From: a virus
Reading direction: 5' to 3' (one strand)
Virus record (IMG/VR): IMGVR_UViG_3300046782_000129
Coordinates: 32,001-96,000 of that record
DNA: 64,000 nucleotides
Position 1 is the first letter of the stretch. Every line of letters begins with the position of its first letter. Position numbers and translations under genes: made by a program. Of the stretch, positions 1 to 9,587 are shown one piece after another. The notes below the pieces were generated by a model. That model saw only the letters and a list, made by a program, of their open reading frames with translations. It made no database searches and had not been told where the DNA came from.

Positions 1-14
1 CAAAGGGAGAGCTA

Positions 15-260
15 ATGGCAAATCCTGATCGAGAAACGGTGGCGGAGAGTACGGACAAGGTGGTGAAAGTCGTACAGTATCCCAACGGGGATTACATTGT
101 CCGTTTTCAAGGGATCCGGTTAACGGTGGAGCGGTTCATCTTCGATAAGAACGGGGGCAACATCGTGTTGCGTAGAGATACCCGTCCGTCACGACGTGAT
201 GAAGCGTTCATCGTGATTCCGAAGGCGGCTGGCGTCGAGGGTGAAGAGGAGAAGTCGTGA
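15..260 (+). CDS. Hypothetical protein
   Basis: GGGAGAG RBS; stop overlaps next start (GTGA). Confidence 0.55.
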   Translation: MANPDRETVAESTDKVVKVVQYPNGDYIVRFQGIRLTVERFIFDKNGGNIVLRRDTRPSRRDEAFIVIPKAAGVEGEEEKS

Positions 261-622
261 GACTGCTGGAGACCAGAGAAGACGTCACCAACTACATCGA
301 TCATTTGATGTGGGGCATCGAGCATCACGCGGCCAGTCTCAAAGGCGTTGCGGAGACGGCCTTGACGCATCTGTTGCGGTACGCGGAGCAGCCTCCGCAA
401 GTGCGGACGTTCCGTGGATCGATTGCCAATGCATTGTGGGCGACCATTGGTGGGCAGCGGTATGCGTTCAGTGCGGCCAAAAATGCGCTGAGCCAGTACT
501 CCATCGTGATCAAGCGTGGCGGCGTGCAGGGTCCCGTGGTAGCCACCTTGACCGCCACGATGTCACGAGATGAAATTGTATCGGTGTTCAGGCAGTTGAA
601 GTACGTCGGCAAAGCGGCGTAA
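257..622 (+). CDS. Protein resembling the VCH_CASS1 integron-cassette family
   Basis: HHA, LWxTIxGxRYAFS and RGxxQG segments match my recollection of that family. Confidence 0.45.
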   Translation: MRLLETREDVTNYIDHLMWGIEHHAASLKGVAETALTHLLRYAEQPPQVRTFRGSIANALWATIGGQRYAFSAAKNALSQYSIVIKRGGVQGPVVATLTATMSRDEIVSVFRQLKYVGKAA

Positions 623-643
623 GTAACTTTCGTCGGGGGGATC

Positions 644-1732
644 ATGACCCATCCGGTGTTGTTGCGTCCTGAGTGTGTCGAGGCAGGGGGAGACGTGGTT
701 GTCGGTCTCCTTCTGTCTCAGATCGTGTACTGGTACCTTCCAGACAAAGAGGGCAAGCCCAAACTCCGAATCCATCGCCACGGGTTATACTGGGTAATGA
801 AGACCCGTGAGGATTGGATGGAAGAGACCGGGTTGACGCTGGAGCAGTACAAGCGTGCTGTGGCCGTGTTGAAGCGGAAGGGGTTGGTAGAGACGCGGGT
901 GATGCGGCGGTTCAATGGAGACGCCGTGACCCATCTGCGTCTCTTGCAACCGATTGCCGGGGCCACACTGCCCCTGCCGCCACGGTGGCTGAAGCCCCCA
1001 ACCGGCTGGAGTCAGACCCCCCACGCGGATGGTGGGAAAGCCACCACGCAAGTACAGATAGTACAGAAAACAGAGAAGACCGAAGAAGAGAAAGAAAAGA
1101 TCCTCATAAGTATTGGCGAAACACAGAGCAGTTTCGCTAGTAATCTTGGATCCTCTGTAAAAGGAAGTAATAGCGAGGGGAATCAAGAGCAAGGTCAAGA
1201 GCAGGGAAAGAGCAGTACAAAAGCTATAACTCCGAATTTGTCAATTGCAGTTCAGAAACACCCATGGTGGGCCATGAACGCCAAAGAGGTCTTGAAAGCG
1301 CATCAGGCGAGTCTCAACGGAGAGTTGGGGGCCTACTGGCAATCACGGGTCAAGCTGGTGACAGAGAACCCGAAGGCGTATCTGCCACCCCTGACGCTGA
1401 AACAGAGGGGACAACTTTCCCATCTGAAGAAGAAGCTGGGTGAGATGACGAGACCGGTGATCGCCTACGCGGTGGAGCACTGGATGAAGTTTGCGAGTGA
1501 GGCGGCTGACTACGCGGGCTGGTCCGACTACCCGACCAACCCGGATATTGGCTTTCTCTTGAAGCACCACCATGTGGCAGTGAATTTGCTTATGCCAAAG
1601 GCACCCAAGCCGAAGGCGACCCCGGCAGTGGAGGCGGTGCAATCGGTTGCACCGGTAGCGAAGAAGGAACCCGTTCATGTGCTGACGTTGAAGGAGTTGA
1701 CGGAGCTATTGGACGAGTACCACTCTTCGTAA
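644..1732 (+). CDS. Phage replication initiator (N-terminal winged HTH)
   Basis: LLLSQIVYW...WMEETGLT...AVAVLKRKGLV wHTH pattern, low-complexity linker, upstream of loader and helicase. Confidence 0.65.
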   Translation: MTHPVLLRPECVEAGGDVVVGLLLSQIVYWYLPDKEGKPKLRIHRHGLYWVMKTREDWMEETGLTLEQYKRAVAVLKRKGLVETRVMRRFNGDAVTHLRLLQPIAGATLPLPPRWLKPPTGWSQTPHADGGKATTQVQIVQKTEKTEEEKEKILISIGETQSSFASNLGSSVKGSNSEGNQEQGQEQGKSSTKAITPNLSIAVQKHPWWAMNAKEVLKAHQASLNGELGAYWQSRVKLVTENPKAYLPPLTLKQRGQLSHLKKKLGEMTRPVIAYAVEHWMKFASEAADYAGWSDYPTNPDIGFLLKHHHVAVNLLMPKAPKPKATPAVEAVQSVAPVAKKEPVHVLTLKELTELLDEYHSS

Positions 1733-1744
1733 GGAGACGGAATC

Positions 1745-2314
1745 GTGACGACCGGCATGCTTGACGCGAAGGAGCACGAGCGGATTATTGCCGACTTTGA
1801 ACGGGTGTGTACGACCGCTGGCATCCAAGGCCATTTTTTGCACGAGTCCATGATGACGTATTGCGGCCCGATTGAAGTGGATTGGGTCCGAAAGTTCTGG
1901 CGATACAAGAAAGCCGGGGTGGCGGGACTGGCCTTGGTGAACATCTCTCGCCCCGACACCCGGTGTCAGGCGATTGCTGCCGCCTTGGTGCGGCACTACG
2001 TGGATGCCCGTGTGATCCCGTTGAACACGCTGATCGATAGCACTTCCAATGGCAACCGTCCTCCGTCTCCTACGGTGCTGTTGATCCCCAACCTGTACAT
2101 GGCGGCGACCAACTACAAGACGTTGGCGTGGCGGGTGCAGGCCATGTACGATTTGTTGTTGGAGCGGGCCACGAGAGGCAAGCCCACCGTGGTGTACGTC
2201 GAGAACCTGAAGCCGGGGATGGGTCTGGCCAAAGCCTACGGCGAACCGTTCCGAGATTTTCTCAGCCGATTCATGCAGGTCGAGGAGGAAGCCGTCCATG
2301 AGCAGGTCGGATGA
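1745..2314 (+). CDS. Degenerate DnaC/IstB-like helicase loader
   Basis: Between initiator and DnaB; DLLLERATRGKPTVV resembles the DnaC C-terminal half; no Walker A. Confidence 0.4.
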   Translation: MTTGMLDAKEHERIIADFERVCTTAGIQGHFLHESMMTYCGPIEVDWVRKFWRYKKAGVAGLALVNISRPDTRCQAIAAALVRHYVDARVIPLNTLIDSTSNGNRPPSPTVLLIPNLYMAATNYKTLAWRVQAMYDLLLERATRGKPTVVYVENLKPGMGLAKAYGEPFRDFLSRFMQVEEEAVHEQVG

Positions 2315-2519
2315 CGATCACAGCGATTTGAGGATCATCGCAGCGGTACTGGCGCACAAGGCGGGGTTGAATGCCGTCCAGCCTGATCCGGAACAGATTG
2401 CGATGATCCAGACGTTTGCCCAGCAGCATGGGCAGACGTTGGACAAGGAAGAGATTATCCGGTGCTTGCGAAAAGCCCAGATTGAGCTACTGGAACGCCA
2501 GCTAGACAACAAAGAATAG
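2298..2519 (+). CDS. Hypothetical protein
   Basis: GAGGAGG RBS, fills operon gap. Confidence 0.5.
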   Translation: MSRSDDDHSDLRIIAAVLAHKAGLNAVQPDPEQIAMIQTFAQQHGQTLDKEEIIRCLRKAQIELLERQLDNKE

Positions 2520-2528
2520 GAATCTGCC

Positions 2529-3815
2529 GTGGCCTACGCAATTGGAGTGAAGGCAATTAAGCGGTTGTGTGTCGAGCAGAGTCCTATCACGTGGCAGAAG
2601 GCAAAGCTCTCGCCCATCCTCTTCAAACCGTATGAACAACCCCTGTTTGCGTGGGTGCAGACGCATGTGAAGCAGTTCCATGTGCTGCCGCAAGTCGAGA
2701 CGTTGCAGGCGATGTTTCCGGACACGGTGCCGGTGGAGACGCCCGAGCCGTCGAGCTACTACCTCAAGGCCCTAGAGCAGCAGTTCTTCTACGACACGCT
2801 GAACAAGACCAATCTGGCGTCTCAAGACCTCCTCAAAGAGGATCAGGACGCTTCAGACGCCGCGATGGAGATTCTGCGAACTGGAGTCAGAACCATTACG
2901 GAACAGAAGTACCGGGCACGGATTTTGGACGTGGGGATGGATGCGGCGGCGTTGGTGCTCAAGGCGTATCACAATACCGCGCTGTTAGAGTATGTGGCCG
3001 CGTTTGGGTGGCCGTATTTAGATGAGCAGTCGGGTGGCGTCATGCCGGGGGATGTCATCAGCTTCGTGGGGCGACCAGCGGTCGGGAAGACATGGCTGAC
3101 GTTGTGGAGTGCGCTCCACAACTGGACCGTCAGAAAATTGAATGTGCTCTACGTCTCTATGGAGATGATGACGCTGCCGATTGCCCAGCGTATCACGGCG
3201 TTGTATTCCAAACAGAACATCGCGCAGTTGAAGATGGCGGGCTACAGTAATCAGACCTTCGATAAGTTCATGAAGGGTCTGAAGGCCATGAAGAAGGAAG
3301 AGGCCAAGATGTACGTGGTGGACGGCAATCTGGCCACCAGTGCCGAAGACCTGTTTGCCTTGGCGGAGATGCTGGAGTGCCGGGTGGTGTTTATCGACGG
3401 GGCCTACCTCCTTCGCCATCGCAACGTGCGACTGGACCGCTTTACCCGAGCGGCAGAGAACGTGGAACTGATCAAGCGGCACTGCACCGACTTAGAAATC
3501 ATGACGTTCTGTAGCTGGCAGTTCAACCGCGAAGCCTCCAAGAAACAGAAGAAGGGCGGCGTGGAGCATGGGGACTTGGAAGATATCGGCTACACGGACG
3601 CCATTGGACAGATCAGCAGTATTGCCTTGTCGCTCTTTCAAGAAGACAGCGTGGAGACGATCAAGGAGCGGAAGATCCAAGTGATGAAGGGCCGCAACGG
3701 AGAGGTGGGGCAGTTTACCATCGCGTGGGACTTCATCAGCATGTCCTTCCAGCAAATCTATCCCGTGGTGGGCATCGAGAAGGCTGAACCGAATACGGAT
3801 TTCGATACCTTGTGA
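2529..3815 (+). CDS. dnaB: Replicative DnaB-like helicase
   Basis: Walker A GRPAVGKT, SMEM, VFIDG Walker B, QFNRE, KGRNG. Confidence 0.92.
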   Translation: MAYAIGVKAIKRLCVEQSPITWQKAKLSPILFKPYEQPLFAWVQTHVKQFHVLPQVETLQAMFPDTVPVETPEPSSYYLKALEQQFFYDTLNKTNLASQDLLKEDQDASDAAMEILRTGVRTITEQKYRARILDVGMDAAALVLKAYHNTALLEYVAAFGWPYLDEQSGGVMPGDVISFVGRPAVGKTWLTLWSALHNWTVRKLNVLYVSMEMMTLPIAQRITALYSKQNIAQLKMAGYSNQTFDKFMKGLKAMKKEEAKMYVVDGNLATSAEDLFALAEMLECRVVFIDGAYLLRHRNVRLDRFTRAAENVELIKRHCTDLEIMTFCSWQFNREASKKQKKGGVEHGDLEDIGYTDAIGQISSIALSLFQEDSVETIKERKIQVMKGRNGEVGQFTIAWDFISMSFQQIYPVVGIEKAEPNTDFDTL

Positions 3816-4011
3816 CCACCGTGCCGGTCTCCCCCGAGGCATTGAAGCCGTGGCATCGTTGGTTGGTGCAGATTCGTCCCATGCGATTGGGGCGGTGGAT
3901 GCCGTTCACCGTGCATACCTTTCGATGGATGGCCTATCGTCAAGCTGAGTACGCCACCCGCGAATACAAATGTGAAGCCCGAGTCATTCGTCCGAGTGAG
4001 CAGGAGGAATA

Positions 4012-4935
4012 ATGCCGTGCATTTGTCCGAGTGATCCCAAGCTGGAACTGGTGTACACCGTCATGGACTGCCCGGTGCATGGTGTGGGAGTGCGTGCCCC
4101 CGGAGGCGTGCCCGGACCACCCGGAGCACAAGGCCCTCCCGGACCTCAAGGTGAACCCGGACCTACTGGTCCAGCCGGTCCCGCAGGGCCAGCCGGTCCT
4201 ACTGGTCCTGAAGGTCCAGTCGGGGCGACCGGCCCCGAAGGTCCCAGAGGACAGCAAGGTCCTCCGGGAGAGTACGCCATCGGCCCTCCCGGAGAACAAG
4301 GCCCTCAGGGGGTACCGGGACCACAAGGCCCCAAAGGAGACCAAGGTGAACCCGGAGATGTTGGGCCTACTGGTAGTGCTGGACCTGTTGGCGATCACGG
4401 GGCTGATGGCCCACGCGGCGAAACAGGACCGCAAGGAAGCGATGGCCCGCAGGGACCACAAGGACCCCCCGGACCCCAAGGTCCCACTGGTATGACCGGA
4501 CCCGGTGGCAGCGGCCCAGCCGGTCCTCCCGGCCCGATGGGTCCCCAAGGCATGCCCGGACCCGTGGGAGCCACCGGACCCTCAGGACAGGGGCCAGCCG
4601 GTCCAGTGGGGCAGGCAGGCCCACCGGGACCTCCCGGACCCGCAGGCCCTCCCGGCGAACCGATGGGGTGTTCACGTGAGGAAGTGCAGGCGATGATCGA
4701 TGCGGCACTCGCCCCCATCTTGTCGGCGTTATCAGACGCCGTGATGTACGGCGGATCAGTGGCCCTGAAGTCGTCTGGAAGTCACGGACAGACTGGGGTT
4801 TTTGACCACGAGGGTAAGTATCTGTGCGCGGACAAGGGTGGACCCGAAAACAGTGGGGACCTGTTCAAATTGACAGGTCGGAACTACGTGGATGTCAACG
4901 AGTCGTGGACCATCGACCGAGGTAAGGACGAATAG
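4012..4935 (+). CDS. Collagen-like protein with C-terminal fascin-like segment
   Basis: Long G-X-Y run; C-terminal [10 protein letters not shown]...ESWTI. Confidence 0.75.
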   Translation: MPCICPSDPKLELVYTVMDCPVHGVGVRAPGGVPGPPGAQGPPGPQGEPGPTGPAGPAGPAGPTGPEGPVGATGPEGPRGQQGPPGEYAIGPPGEQGPQGVPGPQGPKGDQGEPGDVGPTGSAGPVGDHGADGPRGETGPQGSDGPQGPQGPPGPQGPTGMTGPGGSGPAGPPGPMGPQGMPGPVGATGPSGQGPAGPVGQAGPPGPPGPAGPPGEPMGCSREEVQAMIDAALAPILSALSDAVMYGGSVALKSSGSHGQTGVFDHEGKYLCADKGGPENSGDLFKLTGRNYVDVNESWTIDRGKDE

Positions 4936-4953
4936 GCAACTGATTGCAGGCAC

Positions 4954-4982
4954 TTGACAAACGGGGGACGGTGTGGCATACT
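4954..4982 (+). promoter_or_regulatory. sigma70-type promoter
   Basis: TTGACA-N17-CATACT; 14-bp motif at 4935-4948 just upstream. Confidence 0.7.
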
Positions 4983-5005
4983 GTTCCCCTCGCCAAGGAG
5001 TGGTC

Positions 5006-5443
5006 ATGTTCGAACGCACACGGTGTGATTGCACTGAATGTCAGAAATGCTGCCACACACAGCCCGGTCATCTGTTGCCCGGACAGATGGAGAAGATCGC
5101 GGAGCATCTGAACCAGCCCATCGCTGAAGTCAAGGAGATGTTCTGGGCGAGTCCCGGTGCCGTGGTCATGGACCAGCGGACGCAGATTCAGTTCCGCGTG
5201 GGCACCATCACCCCCAAATTTGATCGCCGCAAGAAGGCGTGCGTCTTCCTCACCGAGGAAGGGAAGTGCCGCATCCACGAGGTGGCCCCCTTCGGGTGTA
5301 GTTTTTTTGATGCTCACATGTCGAGCTTCGAAGCGCAGAAGCGGGCGCGTTGGGGATTGCAAGTCATCCTCAGCGATGGGGACTACAAGATGTTGCGGCA
5401 GACCCTGCCGTTTGCCGATCATTACAAACCACGTGGGTACTAA
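5006..5443 (+). CDS. YkgJ-like cysteine-cluster protein
   Basis: CxxCxxCC ... CxFL...CxIHxxxPxxC; AAGGAG RBS before ATG 5006. Confidence 0.75.
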   Translation: MFERTRCDCTECQKCCHTQPGHLLPGQMEKIAEHLNQPIAEVKEMFWASPGAVVMDQRTQIQFRVGTITPKFDRRKKACVFLTEEGKCRIHEVAPFGCSFFDAHMSSFEAQKRARWGLQVILSDGDYKMLRQTLPFADHYKPRGY

Positions 5444-5843
5444 GTGGTCTGGAAAACGACATGGCCGGTATGTGGCTGTGAGTAGTGACCGCCACAATGA
5501 ACACCGAGAAGTTGCTGAGAAGGCAGTAGGGAAACCTTTGCCTCTTGGGGTTGAAATTCACCACGTCGATGGTAATGGAAGAAATAATGAAAATCGAAAT
5601 TTGGTGATTTGTCAGGATCACGCTTACCACTACTTGCTGGAGGCCCGAGCGAAGGTTGTGAAGAGGGGTGGAAATCCAGACACGCAACGATGGTGCAGTT
5701 TTTGTAAAGCTCTTAGACCGTTGGAACTATTTTACGTGCGTAAAAGCGGCAGAAACACTGGCCAATGCACTTCAACCTGTAGGCTGTGCCGTCCCGCCAG
5801 ATACAAGAAGTATGGCGAGTACGAGCGCAAGACGGAAGATTGA
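5433..5843 (+). CDS. HNH homing endonuclease
   Basis: EHR...EIHHVDGNGRNNENRNL...H; C-terminal CxxC pairs; lower GC; start uncertain. Confidence 0.8.
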   Translation: MGTKWSGKRHGRYVAVSSDRHNEHREVAEKAVGKPLPLGVEIHHVDGNGRNNENRNLVICQDHAYHYLLEARAKVVKRGGNPDTQRWCSFCKALRPLELFYVRKSGRNTGQCTSTCRLCRPARYKKYGEYERKTED

Positions 5844-6178
5844 TGCTGAAGTGGAAACCGTCCAAAATTGAAAAGCAGTTTTGGGCGTTTCATTACGCTA
5901 ATCCACAGGTGTACGAGAAATTGAGAGAATTAGCGTTCCAAGTAAAAAACAGTGGACAACGACGGTTTGGTATTCGTTGTTTGTGGGAACGTCTTCGATG
6001 GTGGAGGATGTTGGAGACGGGTGGAAAAGATTTCAAGTTGAATGACCACTACCATTCCCACTACGCCAGACTGTTAATGAGTAATGAACCTACACTTCAT
6101 GGTCTATTCGAATTGCGTAGTTTGAAGTGGAGTAAGAGTCTTCGTGCTGATTTTACAAAAATCTCTCGTTTTGGTTGA
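5843..6178 (+). CDS. Conserved phage hypothetical protein
   Basis: FHxxNPxVY...FKLNDHYxSxYAR pattern; TGATG coupling. Confidence 0.6.
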   Translation: MLKWKPSKIEKQFWAFHYANPQVYEKLRELAFQVKNSGQRRFGIRCLWERLRWWRMLETGGKDFKLNDHYHSHYARLLMSNEPTLHGLFELRSLKWSKSLRADFTKISRFG

Positions 6179-6740
6179 CCGAGCCATGGCCTATGCCATG
6201 GCATTTCCCCAGAACAAGGCGTCCCACCTATGGACCGCACAGGAGCAGGGCCGAGACGTGCTCTATGGCCGGTGGCTGTTGGGCAATGACTACCGCAACA
6301 AGACCGAGTACTACGGAGCCTACCCACCGGGGTATCTGAAGCGAGTCATGGCGTTGTTTCCGGATGCCCATCAGGTGCTGCACATGTTCTCTGGGAGTCT
6401 CCCACCGGGCGACTACACCCGAGTGGATCTAGTGCAGCCCGCCGAGTACCAATGTTCGGTCTATGACTTTCCACAGGTGATTACAGACAAGTTCTTTTTG
6501 GTGCTGGCAGACCCGCCCTACACGGCTGAGGATGCCAAGCGATACACCACGCCGATGATCAGTCGGCACCGAGCGTTGGCGGCGTTGGCGGCATGCACGC
6601 AGCCCGGAGGGTTTCTCGTGTGGTTGGACACGTGTTGGCCCATGCATTCGAAAGAGCAGTGGCTGACGGTCGGTCGTATCACCATCACTCGTTCGACCAA
6701 CCATCGAACTCGTGACGTGACCATTTTTCAACGGAGATAA
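6144..6740 (+). CDS. Putative amino (N6A/N4C) DNA methyltransferase-like protein
   Basis: LHMFSG (motif I-like) and ADPPY catalytic motif. Confidence 0.6.
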   Translation: MLILQKSLVLVDRAMAYAMAFPQNKASHLWTAQEQGRDVLYGRWLLGNDYRNKTEYYGAYPPGYLKRVMALFPDAHQVLHMFSGSLPPGDYTRVDLVQPAEYQCSVYDFPQVITDKFFLVLADPPYTAEDAKRYTTPMISRHRALAALAACTQPGGFLVWLDTCWPMHSKEQWLTVGRITITRSTNHRTRDVTIFQRR

Positions 6741-6741
6741 C

Positions 6742-7227
6742 GTGGCTCTCAAACTGAAGAAACCCCTACTGGAAGTCTCAGCGGTGATCGAACCGGTGGT
6801 GATCCCCGACAAGGTACTGGTGCAGCAGCCGGTCGAGTCCGAGACCGAGGCCCTGACGTCCGAGTACATCGAGTTGTATCGGAAGTACGACTACTTCGAA
6901 GTCAAGGCCATGATCAAACGGATGGACGAAATCCGCAAGCAGTTGCTGGCCATCGCCAACGAGACGATGGACGAGAAGAAGCCCGCCATCTTTACCAGTC
7001 CTCAAGGCGAAGTGGAGTTCTCGATCCGCAACAAGGTGGCCGAGGTCCCAGAGCCGTTGACGTTGGTCAAGGATTTGCTTGAGAAGTTTGGTCCCGAGGT
7101 GACGGCAAGTGTGGTGGACATCGCCATCACGCCTCTGCGACAATTGCTCAGCGAATTTGAATTGCAAAAGTACCTCGTGGACGTACCGGGAGGTCGGACA
7201 ATCAAGTCCGTACGCCCGGTGGGGTAA
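6742..7227 (+). CDS. Hypothetical protein
   Basis: GGAG RBS, phage-like codon usage. Confidence 0.65.
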   Translation: MALKLKKPLLEVSAVIEPVVIPDKVLVQQPVESETEALTSEYIELYRKYDYFEVKAMIKRMDEIRKQLLAIANETMDEKKPAIFTSPQGEVEFSIRNKVAEVPEPLTLVKDLLEKFGPEVTASVVDIAITPLRQLLSEFELQKYLVDVPGGRTIKSVRPVG

Positions 7228-7245
7228 AACCAAGGGAGACTGCAC

Positions 7246-7389
7246 ATGCTTCACCTCCTCCTGCTTGTGTTCGCGCTCGTGTTCTTCATTCTCGCTACGC
7301 TGCCCATGACTGCGCCGTATCACCCACGGCTGGTCGCAGCGGGATTGGCGTGTCTTACCGCGTCCATGATTCAGTGGCCGGTGTCTTAG
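7246..7389 (+). CDS. Small two-TM membrane protein (47 aa; not in ORF track)
   Basis: AGGGAG RBS; MLHLLLLVFALVFFILATLP...LVAAGLACLTAS. Confidence 0.55.
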   Translation: MLHLLLLVFALVFFILATLPMTAPYHPRLVAAGLACLTASMIQWPVS

Positions 7390-7412
7390 AAGCCGGGTAG
7401 TAGGAGAGTACC

Positions 7413-7652
7413 GTGGCGCAAGAGCCAGAGGCTCAGGTATGCGGGTGGACACTTTACATGCGTCCACCCGACTACCCTGATCACTTTGTGGTGCTTCAGT
7501 GGTGGGTGACCGCTGAAGGAGGACTCCGGACCAGAAGTACGGCGGTGGTCTGTAACACCTTGGAAGAAGCACGGGCACAGGTGCCCCCCGGCACCATCTG
7601 CATGCCGCGTGATGAAGATGACGATCCCACCGTGATAGAAACGTGGATATGA
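7413..7652 (+). CDS. Hypothetical protein
   Basis: AGGAG RBS. Confidence 0.6.
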   Translation: MAQEPEAQVCGWTLYMRPPDYPDHFVVLQWWVTAEGGLRTRSTAVVCNTLEEARAQVPPGTICMPRDEDDDPTVIETWI

Positions 7653-8599
7653 ACGAAGCACAGGGTGTGGCTTTTCTGGAAGCGTTGCGGTGCAAGAACA
7701 TCAGAGTCAAAGAGAACGGCTGGATCGAAGCCGGTTGTCCGCTGGCCCGGTGGCTTCATAAACACCATGTCGATGCGACCCCGAGCTTCGGTCTGAACGT
7801 CAGGCCGGGAGAGCGGAGCTACTTCTTGTGCTTTGCGTGTCGGCAAGGAAGTGCCGAAGAACTGCTGCACACCTTGGAGATGTACACACACGTCTCTCAG
7901 GACTACGACTTCGCGCAGTGCCACAAGCTCTTGTCAGACGAAGAGTATGTCGTACCGCTCCCGGCCTACGGAGAGTTCCCGAGACCACAACAGGTCTTTA
8001 GTGAGTGGCCCGCCTATTGGCTGGAGAGTTTCAAACCCGCCGAGTGGGTGGCAGAGTCGGCGGTGTATCTCGCAGCCCGAGGCGTACCGCTGTCCATCGT
8101 CCAGCAGTTCCATCTTCGGTTTGACCACAAGCGGCAGATGATTGTCGTCCCCTACTGGGATGTGTTCGGACGGTTCGCTGGAGCCAGAGGCCGGTCGATC
8201 TTGGAAACCCCGCCCCAGAAGCACCATGACTATAGTTTCCAAGGCGTGAACAACGCCCGACTGGTCTGGCTCAATGAACCGGTGTTGAACCAGACCGGTC
8301 CGGTCGTGGTGGTGGAAGGCCAGTTCGATGTGATGCGAACGGCCCAAGCCTACCAGAAGACGGTGGGCAATCTCACGGCTAAGCCCACCCTAGAGAAGAT
8401 GAAGAAGCTGGGGGACTGTGAGACGGTGATTCAGATTCCGGATCGAGACGAGGCCGGGGAGCAGAGCATCGGGAAATATGCAAGGTTTTGTAAGGAACTA
8501 GGGCTGAAACACAAGGTCGTCTGGTTGGACGAGGGAGTGAAGGATCCGGCAGAGTGCGCGGTGGCGTACCTGAAGGACAAAATCTACGAGCAAATGTAG
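7643..8599 (+). CDS. DNA primase (Zn finger + TOPRIM)
   Basis: CP...H...CFAC zinc finger; VVEGQFD; DRDEAG; KDP. Confidence 0.88.
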   Translation: MDMNEAQGVAFLEALRCKNIRVKENGWIEAGCPLARWLHKHHVDATPSFGLNVRPGERSYFLCFACRQGSAEELLHTLEMYTHVSQDYDFAQCHKLLSDEEYVVPLPAYGEFPRPQQVFSEWPAYWLESFKPAEWVAESAVYLAARGVPLSIVQQFHLRFDHKRQMIVVPYWDVFGRFAGARGRSILETPPQKHHDYSFQGVNNARLVWLNEPVLNQTGPVVVVEGQFDVMRTAQAYQKTVGNLTAKPTLEKMKKLGDCETVIQIPDRDEAGEQSIGKYARFCKELGLKHKVVWLDEGVKDPAECAVAYLKDKIYEQM

Positions 8600-8683
8600 C
8601 TGCAATCCGTTGCACTTGACAAACCCACACACAATGTAGTAGGATGGCAAGATGGTCGTGTTACGACCGGAGCGAGGTGACAT

Positions 8684-9463
8684 TTGGCGTTTACCTTCTT
8701 GAAAACAGGCGCAGAAAGCGCAAAGATGGCTCAGAAAGCAGCCTTAGAAGCGGAGCAGCGTCGGTCTGAACAAGGCAAGATGTTTCGGTTCTGGTTGAAG
8801 GAAAAAGAGGAAGCCCGCATCACGTTCGTGGACGGAGACTTGGGTCCGGATGGGTTCTTGGTGCCGCCCCGGTATTGGGAGCACAACCTGTTCCATGACG
8901 GGACGTGGAACAACTTCTACGTGTGTCCCGAGCGGACCAACCCCGAGTCCAATGACAAGTGTCCGATCTGTGAAGCGGGAGAGAACCGAGCCTCCTTGGT
9001 GGCCCTGTTCACCATCATCGATCATCGGTCCATCCAGAGCAAGGACAAGACCAAGACGTACAAGGACACGAAGAAGCTGCTGGTCGCCAAGTCGCAGACG
9101 TTCGAACTGCTGAACAACCGAGCGATCAAGCGGGGCGGGTTGACCTGCTGCACCTTCGATGCTCAGCGAATCGGGGACAAGTCGGCGTCAGTCGGCAGTC
9201 AGTTCGACTTCGTGGAGAAGCACGACCTCAAGGAACTCCAGAAGCTGTACATGATCGAGAAGATCGACCCGAAGACCAACCTGAAGATCAAGATGACCAA
9301 CTTCACTCCTGCCGAATACGAGAAGGAAATTACCTTTCGGACGGGGGAACAGTTGCGGATGCTGTTGAAGGGAAAGATTTCTGACGGCGGCGGCGGGGAC
9401 GATAATCCCCCTTTTGAGAAGGCTGGGTCCACGGGGGCAGTGGACTACAGCAAGGAACTGTAG
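8684..9463 (+). CDS. Single-stranded DNA-binding protein (gp32-like)
   Basis: H...C...CPIC zinc site, acidic/Gly tail, replication context. Confidence 0.65.
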   Translation: MAFTFLKTGAESAKMAQKAALEAEQRRSEQGKMFRFWLKEKEEARITFVDGDLGPDGFLVPPRYWEHNLFHDGTWNNFYVCPERTNPESNDKCPICEAGENRASLVALFTIIDHRSIQSKDKTKTYKDTKKLLVAKSQTFELLNNRAIKRGGLTCCTFDAQRIGDKSASVGSQFDFVEKHDLKELQKLYMIEKIDPKTNLKIKMTNFTPAEYEKEITFRTGEQLRMLLKGKISDGGGGDDNPPFEKAGSTGAVDYSKEL

Positions 9464-9587
9464 GCCCGTCGTATAATGTTCGTCGGGGGGCGTGCTGGGT
9501 GGAAGTGTGGTCATTGCACCTTGTCCCTGCCCGTGGCTGCATGGTTCTGGTGCGCCTCCCTAATTTTGACCGATGGAGCGGTGAAGC

